Virus record (IMG/VR): IMGVR_UViG_3300033489_000041 | Span: 1-32,023 of that record | Source: a virus | Lineage: Duplodnaviria > Caudoviricetes | Direction: 5' to 3' (one strand) | Length of the DNA stretch: 32,023 bases | In this document: positions 8,990 to 17,321 of the stretch, piece by piece | Position numbering within the stretch: position 1 is the first letter of the stretch | How the letters are laid out: the number at the start of each line of letters is the position of its first letter | Notes under the pieces: model-generated | Database searches by the model: none | What the model saw: the letters and a program-made list of their open reading frames with translations, nothing else | What the model was told of the DNA's origin: nothing | Position numbers and translations under genes: made by a program

Positions 8990-9124
8990 ATGAAACTGAT
9001 CGACAAGATTGTCAGCCTGCCATTCTACGGCCTCGGGCGCCTGGTCGGGTCAGTGGTGCGGACATTGCGATTGATACGGGCGGCGCTGAGAGAAGGCTAC
9101 GAAAACGGAGCACGCATTGCTTAA
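8990..9124 (+). CDS. 44-aa amphipathic protein upstream of the portal (absent from the ORF track)
   Basis: GAGGTGG RBS; MKLIDKIVSLPFYGLGRLVGSVVRTLRLIRAALREGYENGARIA; its stop overlaps the portal start. Confidence 0.65.
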   Translation: MKLIDKIVSLPFYGLGRLVGSVVRTLRLIRAALREGYENGARIA

Positions 9125-11210
9125 CGTGATGGAGCGGATCATAAGCCGTGCAAAGCAGGATGACAGCGCACTCTATCGCCTGCACCCTGAGCTGCGTGAT
9201 CGCATTCACCTGATCTCGATGACATCAGGTGAGCAGCCGGCTGACCAGGCGCTGGACTTCCGGTCGGCGTCCTCCACCTATGCCGGCCATGTGTGGGTGC
9301 ACAAGGCGATCAAGGTCATTGACAACAACATCTCTGCATTGCCCATACGGGTTTTGGACCGCAGCGGCGACGAGCGGACAAGCCATCCGCTGACGATGCT
9401 GTTTTCTCACGTCAACGAGACTATGTCTCCTCCGATCTTATGGGGTCAGTGGGTGACCGACATGATGCTGGGCGGCGAGAGTGGTCTTGAGTTTGTTCGA
9501 GGGAGCAGGGGCGGATCGGTTGAGGTATGGCCCCGCCAGCCGTCGCAGATCACAGTGGTAACCGATGCGGACCGGAAGCGCTACTTTGGCGTGGCCGAGT
9601 ACAAAATCAAGGTCGATGCGACTGACAAGGGTTTCGTCGTACCCCGTGAGGAATTCGTACATTTCAAGTTCTATAACCCTCTCAACCCCTGGAGAGGGCT
9701 CGCGCCCATCAATGCGGTGCGAATGGGCATCGTGATCGATACACTGGCGCAGGCCTGGAGCCGGATGTTCTTTGCCAACAGTGCTCGGCCTGACTACGCG
9801 CTCATCGCCCCGCAGGGTATCACGCCGTCTGAGCGTGAAGACATGGAAGCGAAGCTGGCCTCCAAATTCGGGGGAGTGGGTGGCTCACACAAGCCCATCA
9901 TCCTGGAGGACGGCATCACTGACATCAAGACCTTTAGCTATGCGCCTAAGGACATGGAATGGATCAACCAGCGCGAGCTAGCTCGGGACGAGATCGGGGC
10001 CATCTTCGGCGTGCCTGACGAGATCATGGGCTACGGCAAGGACACCTACGAGAACCTCGGCAAAGCCATGACACTGTTGTGGACGCTGACGCTTGTTCCC
10101 CTCCTGGGCTTCAGAGACTGGACGCTCACCAAGCACTTCCAGCAGATCGGGCAGCTGCGCCCAGATGAGCGCCTGGCGACGGATACCAGCAATGTGAAGG
10201 AGCTGCAGGAAGACCTGACCGAGAAGCTCACTCAGGGCAAGCAGTTCTTCGAGATGGGCTACACGCCCGACCAGATCAACGAGCGCCTCGGTCTGGGCAT
10301 GGAGCCGTCGCCGGTGAGTGCGCTGCCCTTCGCCGGCAGGCCTGTTCCTGGGCAGTTCGGCGCACCAGGTCAGGATAGCACGCCGGCCCGGGCCATGTGG
10401 CGCCAGGTAACCAAGGCGGCTGTGCCAGAGTACGGCTCTGCCGAGCACGTCGCTAGGCTGAAGGAAGTGGAAGATCGCCAGGAGCCGCACGTCGTCAATA
10501 TGCGCAAGGAGCTAAAGAAGCAGCTCCAGCGCCAGCAGATCGACGTGGGCCGGTCGCTCCGGGACGGCAAGCAGCTCGGGCGCGGCAAGAACATCGACGA
10601 CGACAAGCTAAAGCTGACCGTGGCTGAGTTCTTCAACGTGTCAGGCGAGGCCAAGAAGTTCATCGAGGCTTTCAGGGCCATCATCACCGCTATGTTCCAG
10701 GCCTCCGGAGATGCTGAGTTTGCCGGAACCGGTGCCGAGGGCTCGTTCGATATCGAGCAGAGCGGCGTGCAGGCGGCCATCGATAAGGTGCTCAAAGAGA
10801 TGGCGCAGAAGGTTAACGATACAACCTACACCGAGCTGGTCGACCTGTTCCAGGAAGCTGAGGCTGCCGGCGAGAGCATTCCAGAAATGATGGAGCGGCT
10901 CTCTAGCTACTTCGAAGGCCGCAAGAGCGATGCCTCCACCGAGCGCATCGCCCGAACGACCATGACGGGCGCAGACAACAGCGCAGCCCTGGAGGCTTAC
11001 GGGCAATCCGGAGTGGTAAGTGAAACGACCTGGCTATCAGCGCTGTCTGATACAACGAGAGACGCACACCGCGACGCGCACGGCCAGACGCGTAAGCTGG
11101 GAGAAAGCTTTGACGTTGGTGGCGAATCGCTGAGGTTCCCAGGCGACCCAACGGGAAGCGCGGGGAACATTATCAATTGTGTCTGTACTGTGCAGCCACA
11201 GGTGGAGTGA
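9117..11210 (+). CDS. HK97-family portal protein fused to a C-terminal MuF/gp7-like head morphogenesis domain
   Basis: Portal motifs VHFKFYNPLNPWRGLAP, FFANSARP, IGAIFGVP, TPDQINERLGL. C-terminal ERIARTT...WLSALSDTTRDAH...HGQ...LRFPGDP...IINCVC. Confidence 0.9.
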   Translation: MLNVMERIISRAKQDDSALYRLHPELRDRIHLISMTSGEQPADQALDFRSASSTYAGHVWVHKAIKVIDNNISALPIRVLDRSGDERTSHPLTMLFSHVNETMSPPILWGQWVTDMMLGGESGLEFVRGSRGGSVEVWPRQPSQITVVTDADRKRYFGVAEYKIKVDATDKGFVVPREEFVHFKFYNPLNPWRGLAPINAVRMGIVIDTLAQAWSRMFFANSARPDYALIAPQGITPSEREDMEAKLASKFGGVGGSHKPIILEDGITDIKTFSYAPKDMEWINQRELARDEIGAIFGVPDEIMGYGKDTYENLGKAMTLLWTLTLVPLLGFRDWTLTKHFQQIGQLRPDERLATDTSNVKELQEDLTEKLTQGKQFFEMGYTPDQINERLGLGMEPSPVSALPFAGRPVPGQFGAPGQDSTPARAMWRQVTKAAVPEYGSAEHVARLKEVEDRQEPHVVNMRKELKKQLQRQQIDVGRSLRDGKQLGRGKNIDDDKLKLTVAEFFNVSGEAKKFIEAFRAIITAMFQASGDAEFAGTGAEGSFDIEQSGVQAAIDKVLKEMAQKVNDTTYTELVDLFQEAEAAGESIPEMMERLSSYFEGRKSDASTERIARTTMTGADNSAALEAYGQSGVVSETTWLSALSDTTRDAHRDAHGQTRKLGESFDVGGESLRFPGDPTGSAGNIINCVCTVQPQVE

Positions 11211-11213
11211 GGC

Positions 11214-11861
11214 ATGAGCGACAACATCATCCATAAGCAAATTGTAGCGCCAGAGGTCAAGAGCCTGGACGACGGCAGTTATGACATCGTCATCAGTTCT
11301 GATGGCGTCGACCGGGACGGCGATGTGATCGAGCAGGACGGATGGGAGTTTGACAACTACTTACTCAACCCCGTGGTGCTGTTCGGACATGACTACCGCT
11401 CTGTGCCGATCGGGATGACCAACCGCCTGAGCCGCGAAGGAGGCAAGACGGTCGCCAACTTCACCTTCAGGCAGCCGGCCAACGACTTCGATCCGGTGCT
11501 GCCGGTCAAGTCGGCCTGGGATCAGGGCATGCTTCGGGCCGCCTCGGTTGGGTTCAAGCCCAAGGAAGCCGAGCCGCTCGACAAGGATGATGACGGCTGG
11601 TTTGCTCCACAGCGCTACATGAAGCAGGAGCTGCTGGAGTGGTCGATTGTGCCCATCCCGGCCAACCAGGAAGCGCTGCGGCGCGAATTCGAGGAATTCA
11701 TCAAGTCCCTGGGTCTCCCAGGCGCGAGAAACTTACAGGAGGCTGCCGAGAACCGACGAGACAACCCGAACAATGCTGACACCAACGAACTCAACGAGGC
11801 AGTCATAGGCGGTCTCACAAGCCTAATCAACACGATCAAGATTTTGTACTCAAAGGAGTAA
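11214..11861 (+). CDS. HK97-type prohead protease
   Basis: VDRDGDVI, NPVVLFGHD, ASVGF, ELLEWSIVPIPAN. Confidence 0.92.
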   Translation: MSDNIIHKQIVAPEVKSLDDGSYDIVISSDGVDRDGDVIEQDGWEFDNYLLNPVVLFGHDYRSVPIGMTNRLSREGGKTVANFTFRQPANDFDPVLPVKSAWDQGMLRAASVGFKPKEAEPLDKDDDGWFAPQRYMKQELLEWSIVPIPANQEALRREFEEFIKSLGLPGARNLQEAAENRRDNPNNADTNELNEAVIGGLTSLINTIKILYSKE

Positions 11862-11864
11862 CCA

Positions 11865-13199
11865 ATGTCCGAAAAAGAAGATGCTCTGTTTCAGTCAATC
11901 GCGGAGCTGACCCAAACGGTGAAGGATCACCACGCGAGCGGCGACCAGGTCACCATCGATTACGAGAAGCTCGCGGCAGAAGTCGCCAAACAGCAGGCCG
12001 CACTCACGGCTCAGCAGGCTGAGAAGAACCAGCCCATTCGTCGCGGTGAGGAAGTCGGTCCGGATGGCGCACCTGCGCGAACGGTAAAGGGCAAGTACGA
12101 GGACGTCGATCCCATCGATTTGTATCTCTCGTACAAGCTGTGCAAGACCGTTCAGCAGTTCAGCCAGGGTTCTGGGCCGTCGAAGGATTTGGTCGATGCT
12201 GTCCAGAAGGCAATGACCTCCACTGGCGCGGCGACTGGCGACGAGCTGGTTCCGACCGACATGGCCGCCGGCTTGTGGGATGACATCTACGCCGCGACCA
12301 ACATCGCGCAGCTGCTCACCCCGCAGGTGATGACCAGCGATCCGATGGACATCTCGCTGAGCCTGGGCGACGCGACGTTCCGCAAGGGTACGCAGAACAC
12401 CGCGACAACCGCCAGCGATTTGGCGACGGCCAAGAGCATTCTGACCTCTACCGAGCTGGTGGCAGAGGTTGATTGGTCGTACACGTTGGACGAAGATGCC
12501 ATCATCGCCATGATGCCGGGCGTCCGGGGAGTGCTCTCCCGTAATGGTGCGGAAGTCCTGGACAAGTTCGTCCTGAACGCTGACGCGACCAATGCCGCGA
12601 CCGGCAACATCAACTTGGATGACGCAGATCCCGCCGACGACAGCTACTATCTGACCGATGGCCAGGATGGCCTCCGTCATCAGTGGCTGGTCGACAATAC
12701 TGCTCAGCAGGTAGCCGGCGGCGGTGCAGCGATTTCCGATGCCATGCTGCGCAGTGCCTTCAAGTTGCTTGGAAAGTATTTCAAGGATGCCCAAAGCGAT
12801 GTTGCCCTGGTCCCCGACTACACCACCTACCTGAAGGGCTTCCTGGCACTCACCAACGTGGTAACAGTCGACAAGTACGGGCCGCAAGCGACAGTTCTGA
12901 CCGGGCAGCTGGGCAGCTACATGGGTGTACCGATCGTGCCGTCCGCTTTTCATCCGCTAGGTGAGGCAGACGGCAAGGTGAGCACGACTGCAGGCAACAA
13001 CACGCTCGGATCTGTTACCTGCTTCAATCGCCGGATGTGGCGTTTGGGTCGGCGTCGTGATTTGTTGATCGAGGTTGCCCGGGACATCCAGAAGCGCCAG
13101 TTTATTCTGGTTACCAGCTTCCGTCCTGCCGTCGGCACCCGCGGCACTCGCAGCACCAACACGCACACCAGCGGAATTCTCAATATTCTGCTGACCTAA
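11865..13199 (+). CDS. major capsid protein (HK97 fold, N-terminal scaffold segment)
   Basis: AAGGAG RBS, position after the protease, helical N-terminus then KAMTSTGAATGDELVP, and GQLGSYMGVPIV. Confidence 0.9.
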   Translation: MSEKEDALFQSIAELTQTVKDHHASGDQVTIDYEKLAAEVAKQQAALTAQQAEKNQPIRRGEEVGPDGAPARTVKGKYEDVDPIDLYLSYKLCKTVQQFSQGSGPSKDLVDAVQKAMTSTGAATGDELVPTDMAAGLWDDIYAATNIAQLLTPQVMTSDPMDISLSLGDATFRKGTQNTATTASDLATAKSILTSTELVAEVDWSYTLDEDAIIAMMPGVRGVLSRNGAEVLDKFVLNADATNAATGNINLDDADPADDSYYLTDGQDGLRHQWLVDNTAQQVAGGGAAISDAMLRSAFKLLGKYFKDAQSDVALVPDYTTYLKGFLALTNVVTVDKYGPQATVLTGQLGSYMGVPIVPSAFHPLGEADGKVSTTAGNNTLGSVTCFNRRMWRLGRRRDLLIEVARDIQKRQFILVTSFRPAVGTRGTRSTNTHTSGILNILLT

Positions 13200-13220
13200 C
13201 AACCAAGAATAGACGAATCG

Positions 13221-13246
13221 ATGGGGAGGGGTTCGCTCCTCCCCAT
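13221..13246 (+). terminator. 11-bp hairpin with TTCG loop after the capsid gene (terminator or mRNA stabiliser)
   Basis: ATGGGGAGGGG-TTCG-CTCCTCCCCAT; weak U-tail. Confidence 0.6.
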
Positions 13247-13264
13247 TAGCAAAGTGAGGTAAGT

Positions 13265-13687
13265 ATGGCCAACGAATTCGACCGCCCGCATCCACTGGTG
13301 GCCTTTCTGTTTGTGATTGCCAATGTCGGCGCTGGCACCACCCCCGTCGATGGAAAACTGACTGGGGCGGGCATCAAGGGCGGCCCCATTGTCCCTGCCG
13401 GCTATAAGTTCGTGCCGGTGTTTATCGATGTCGAAACCAATGATGCACGTACGGCCGGCACGTCGACAATCAAAGTAACGGCTGATGGCACAGAGTTGGT
13501 GGGAGGACCGGAAGCCGTTATTGCTGCCGCGCCAAGCACTCTGGTGGATACCGGCATGGCTACCGGCGACGCCGACAGCGTGGCGGCCGGCGAAGAGATC
13601 GGGGTATCTGCTACCGGAGACGGAAGCTTCGCGCCCACGACAGCCGATGCGGATGTAGTGCTGTACGGCTACTTCCTGCCGGTGTAA
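13265..13687 (+). CDS. putative capsid decoration protein
   Basis: GAGG RBS; small, G/A/T-rich beta protein directly after the major capsid gene. Confidence 0.6.
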   Translation: MANEFDRPHPLVAFLFVIANVGAGTTPVDGKLTGAGIKGGPIVPAGYKFVPVFIDVETNDARTAGTSTIKVTADGTELVGGPEAVIAAAPSTLVDTGMATGDADSVAAGEEIGVSATGDGSFAPTTADADVVLYGYFLPV

Positions 13688-13723
13688 CCGGTTCAGCGCG
13701 AACCGCCCATAGAGAGGTGATAC

Positions 13724-13960
13724 ATGAGACTGATGAAGCTGTACGTTGATAAGAAGTATCGCAACCGAGAGGTTGAGTATACCGCCGGGAAGACCATCGA
13801 GGTCCCCGAGGACGAAGCAGAGTTCTTGCTCAAGGACGCGCCTGGATGCTTCGAGGTTGTTGAAGAGAAAGCAGAAAAGGCAGTCAAGGCGCCAGAGGTC
13901 AACAAGATGATCGACGAGTCCATCGAGGACAAAGGCAGTCAAGGCGCCAGAGGTAAGTAG
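13724..13960 (+). CDS. small head-associated hypothetical protein
   Basis: GAGGTG RBS; YTAGKTIEVPEDEAEFLL is typical of small genes between capsid and adaptor. Confidence 0.7.
   Translation: MRLMKLYVDKKYRNREVEYTAGKTIEVPEDEAEFLLKDAPGCFEVVEEKAEKAVKAPEVNKMIDESIEDKGSQGARGK
13876..13954 (+). repeat. 24-bp perfect direct repeat, two copies
   Basis: AAAGGCAGTCAAGGCGCCAGAGGT at 13876-13899 and 13931-13954. Confidence 0.9.
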
Positions 13961-13962
13961 TT

Positions 13963-14793
13963 GTGACGATCACAAACGGGTACTGCACGCTGGACGAGTT
14001 CAAGCATCGCCTGCTGATGACGGCTGATTATACTGCCGCGACTATCTCGTTCACGGCGGCCAGTAAGACGATTGCCGATACTGCCGCAGGCCTGCTCCGG
14101 TTTCGCGCCGGACGGCGCATCAAGATAACCGGCAGCGTTAGCAACAACGGCACCTACACTATAGCGACCGGCGACATGGCCGGCAGCATTATCGTGTCGG
14201 AGGCGCTACCGCTCAACGAGGCAGCTGGGGCATCGGTAAGCATCGTCGACGTGACCGACCTGGACGATGACGCGGAGATCGAGAAGGTGATCACTGCCAT
14301 CTCCAGGGCCATTGACACAGTGTGCAAGCGGCGCTTCTATGCAGCAACAGAGACGCGCTACTTCACCGCCCAGCGTGCAGACCTGTTATTTGTAGATGAT
14401 TTACTCAGCGTAACGACACTCAAGACAGACCAGGGGGGAGATCGGGTTTATGAAACGACCTGGGCGACGACGGATTATGACATGCTGCCGTCTAATGCGG
14501 CGCTGGCCGGAGAGCCGTATCTGCGAATCGCGCCGGCTCCTATGTCGTCCAAGCGGTTTCCTGCCCATGCTAAAGGCGTCGAGATTGCTGGCTCGTTCGG
14601 CTATGCCAGCTCCACGCCGGCGGTAATCAAAGAAGCGTGCTTGTTGTGGTCCATGCGAGTCTGGAAGCGGCGCGAGGCCATCTTTGGCGTAATAGGCACG
14701 ACGGCGCTCGGGCAGATGACCATCAAGATACCGCCGCCAGATCCCGATGTTGCGCAGCTGCTGCCCAGGCCTAAGGGGGCCAGCCTGATATGA
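13963..14793 (+). CDS. head-tail adaptor (gp6/gp15-like) with inserted domain
   Basis: YCTLDEFK...DDAEIEKVITAISRAIDTVCKRRF...FGY-x3-PAVIKEACL. Confidence 0.8.
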   Translation: MTITNGYCTLDEFKHRLLMTADYTAATISFTAASKTIADTAAGLLRFRAGRRIKITGSVSNNGTYTIATGDMAGSIIVSEALPLNEAAGASVSIVDVTDLDDDAEIEKVITAISRAIDTVCKRRFYAATETRYFTAQRADLLFVDDLLSVTTLKTDQGGDRVYETTWATTDYDMLPSNAALAGEPYLRIAPAPMSSKRFPAHAKGVEIAGSFGYASSTPAVIKEACLLWSMRVWKRREAIFGVIGTTALGQMTIKIPPPDPDVAQLLPRPKGASLI

Positions 14794-15209
14794 AAATCGA
14801 GATCAGGGGGCTTGACCGGCTGATCGCTAAGACCAGCGACAAGAAGCTGATCGGCCAGCCGCTAAAGCGGTTTCTCAACCGGTCAGCTGTCAAGATTGTG
14901 AGCAGGGGAAAAGAACAGGCGCCGGTCGATAGGGGATACCTGCGCAACAACATCGCCTTTAAGGTGGATAGCTCAGAGGTGCCGCAATGGGCCAAGGTTG
15001 GCTGCGATGTCAGCCACCGCGGGTTCCCCTACCCAAAGGCGCTCGACGAGAGCGACCGTTATCACTATCGAGGCGGCGGGGCGCTGGGGCAGAGTGGCAA
15101 CAAAACACGGGGATGGTTTTCGGAGCGCTCGGTGCATGCCAGCCTGGAGGATATCAGGAGCTATGCCCGAGACGCGGAGAAGGAAATCAAGCAGGCATGG
15201 GATAGCTGA
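14790..15209 (+). CDS. HK97 gp10-like neck/tail completion protein
   Basis: IEIRGLDRLI...APVDRGYLRNNI. Confidence 0.8.
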   Translation: MKIEIRGLDRLIAKTSDKKLIGQPLKRFLNRSAVKIVSRGKEQAPVDRGYLRNNIAFKVDSSEVPQWAKVGCDVSHRGFPYPKALDESDRYHYRGGGALGQSGNKTRGWFSERSVHASLEDIRSYARDAEKEIKQAWDS

Positions 15210-15631
15210 TGGCAAACAATGTGAGCGGCGCGATTGAAGAAATTTATCAGACGTTGAGCCATGTGTCGGGGTTGCGCCCGACGCCGGCGGCGATGCCGAC
15301 CAACGCGGCCTTTCCGTTCGCGGTGGTATATCCACAGAACAGCGTCTTCAAGCACGCGCCCGAAGGCGTGATGACGGGCCTGCACAACATCGTGATCGAG
15401 GTACACCTGGCGCTGGCTACTGACATCAGCAGAGCGGTGGAGGCTGTCACTGCCTTCAGCGACCCGGTAGCCAATGCGGTTTTTAAGGACTTGATCGACG
15501 GCGACTACACCGTCATCTGCACAAATGGGGAAATTACGTCTGAGTTTGTTTACTCGGACTGGAATGGTGTTCAAACTTTAGCCCTGCGCTTTGTCGTGCA
15601 AGCGGTCAAGGTGCAGGCTGATATAGCGTGA
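15209..15631 (+). CDS. putative tail terminator
   Basis: Synteny, size, and the FPFAVV motif. Confidence 0.65.
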   Translation: MANNVSGAIEEIYQTLSHVSGLRPTPAAMPTNAAFPFAVVYPQNSVFKHAPEGVMTGLHNIVIEVHLALATDISRAVEAVTAFSDPVANAVFKDLIDGDYTVICTNGEITSEFVYSDWNGVQTLALRFVVQAVKVQADIA

Positions 15632-15632
15632 G

Positions 15633-15818
15633 GTGGCTATGTTGAAATGGATCGGTGACAAGAAAGGTATCGAGGGCATCTTCAGCATACCGGCCCGCGA
15701 TCTGACAGACGACGAGGTTATTCGTTTCGGCGGTGAGCAATCGCTGCTGGATACTGGCTTGTACGAAAAGCCTGCTCAAGCCAAAGTCTCAAAAGCGGCA
15801 GAAAAGGAAGGTGAGTAA
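15633..15818 (+). CDS. small hypothetical protein
   Basis: Coupled to its neighbours; the ATG at 15639 after GAGGTGG may be the true start. Confidence 0.65.
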   Translation: MAMLKWIGDKKGIEGIFSIPARDLTDDEVIRFGGEQSLLDTGLYEKPAQAKVSKAAEKEGE

Positions 15819-16828
15819 TGCCAGGAGTACGCGCGTTATCAAGGACGCAGCTCGGTCTGGAAACCGTAAAAGGGACGCCTGTGGCGGCGACCGGGATCTG
15901 GCGTGGTCCTGTCGCTTTCCTGGAGGACGCTACAGAGGTTGTCCTGAGTAAAGAGGACGTTGCCATCATTGGAGGGACGGACCGCTCTCACATCCCCAAG
16001 TACGCCGGCAAGTGCAAGTTCCCGGAGACCGAAGCGACATTCGAGCAGTTGCCATACATTTTGTCAGCCGGTGTCAAAGACGTTGTTTCCGGATCAGCTG
16101 ACGGCGTGGGCAGCGGCAAGATTTACGACTACCCGTTTGGCCTCACGGCCGTAAATTCGGTCAAGGCGTACACCATCGAAGGTTACGACGACCAGCAGGA
16201 GGAAGAAGCAGCCTTCGGCACGGTCGAAGCATTTGAGCTGAAACTCGAGGCAGGCAAGGCGTGGATGGTCTCCGCCGACTGGTTCTGCTACCGGCCTGGG
16301 CCATCCACCAAAACGACGCTGGCGTCACTGCCCACGGTTGAGGAGATCCTGACCCAAAAGACCAAGATCTACATCGATGCGGTGGGTGGCACGATCGGGA
16401 CGACGCAAAAAACCAAGACGCTGCTGGCTGCCAATATCAAAGTCAAAACCGGCTTTGTCGCATACTGGACGGCCGACGGCTCTCTCGAGTTTTCTGACGT
16501 CAAGATGGGCAATGAGATCGGATGGGAGATCGAGGCGACGGTGACTTTCGAGCACGATGGGACGGCCGTTGCTGAGAAGGCAGCTTTTCAGGCTCAGACG
16601 GCGCGGCTCATGCGTCTCCAGGCCCAGGGCGCAGCCCTCGGCACACCTGGGACTTACACCTACAAGACTGCTCGCCTGGACCTGCCCGGCAAGTGGACAA
16701 AGTTCAGCATTATCGAGAGCAAAGACGGGAACGATACGGTGACCGGTACGTTCGTTTCGCGATACAACGTCACGGCGGCTCTCGGTCCCAGTATCCTGCT
16801 CGTGAATGAACTGGCGAGTTTGCCATGA
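15818..16828 (+). CDS. major tail tube protein
   Basis: QLGLETVKGTPVAAT N-terminus, beta-rich, followed by chaperone and tape measure; no sheath gene. Confidence 0.8.
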   Translation: MPGVRALSRTQLGLETVKGTPVAATGIWRGPVAFLEDATEVVLSKEDVAIIGGTDRSHIPKYAGKCKFPETEATFEQLPYILSAGVKDVVSGSADGVGSGKIYDYPFGLTAVNSVKAYTIEGYDDQQEEEAAFGTVEAFELKLEAGKAWMVSADWFCYRPGPSTKTTLASLPTVEEILTQKTKIYIDAVGGTIGTTQKTKTLLAANIKVKTGFVAYWTADGSLEFSDVKMGNEIGWEIEATVTFEHDGTAVAEKAAFQAQTARLMRLQAQGAALGTPGTYTYKTARLDLPGKWTKFSIIESKDGNDTVTGTFVSRYNVTAALGPSILLVNELASLP

Positions 16829-17148
16829 AGATACACTTTCATATTTCACAAGAGCGGTTCGAGGAGCTGACGTGGGATGCCCAGATCGCCATGCAGGACT
16901 TTCAGCGCGGCGCAGAGGCTGATCTGAGAGGCTTGCGCGACATGCTCGCTCCGTTTATGCAAGACGAGGATGGTAAGTGGCTGGAATACGAACAGGCCAT
17001 AGGCATTCTTGGCCGCATCAGGACTAAGGAAACAAAGCAAATGGTGGCTGATTTCAGCATGGCCTTGAAAGATTTCTCCATCCCAAAAGGGACCGGGAAC
17101 AGCTCTACATCGCAGTCTGGCACGGCGGAAACGGACCAGCCTGGCTGA
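16825..17148 (+). CDS. tail assembly chaperone (gpG-like)
   Basis: Lies between tube and tape measure and contains a slippery heptamer. Confidence 0.75.
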   Translation: MKIHFHISQERFEELTWDAQIAMQDFQRGAEADLRGLRDMLAPFMQDEDGKWLEYEQAIGILGRIRTKETKQMVADFSMALKDFSIPKGTGNSSTSQSGTAETDQPG

Positions 17149-17321
17149 TTGACTTGCTGGCGGCAGAGAGCTGGGGAAAGCCCCCCTGGGAGCTGTGGAG
17201 TGTGTTCCCCGATCAAGTGACATTTATGGAGCGCCTGCGCTGGCGCTATCGATGGCTAGAGTGGACGGATCAGCGAGCCAAAAAGAGGCTCAGTGACGCA
17301 GGGATAGAGTTCGATGTCTGA
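17082..17321 (+). CDS. -1 frameshift extension of the tail chaperone (gpT-like part)
   Basis: In-phase C CCA AAA at 17082-17088. The -1 frame is open to TGA 17321 (RDREQLYIAVWHGG...LLAAESWGKPPWEL...IEFDV). Confidence 0.8.
   Translation, partial: PKRDREQLYIAVWHGGNGPAWLIDLLAAESWGKPPWELWSVFPDQVTFMERLRWRYRWLEWTDQRAKKRLSDAGIEFDV

Noticed and set aside
11895-12953. 352-aa minus-strand ORF and similar antisense ORFs across the late operon
   Set aside because: They fully overlap well-supported plus-strand structural genes.
13689-13700. CGGTTCAGCGC shared with 30063-30073
   Set aside because: An 11-mer match is expected by chance in 32 kb.
13876-13954. CRISPR array
   Set aside because: Only two repeats, inside a CDS, non-palindromic, with no leader or cas genes.
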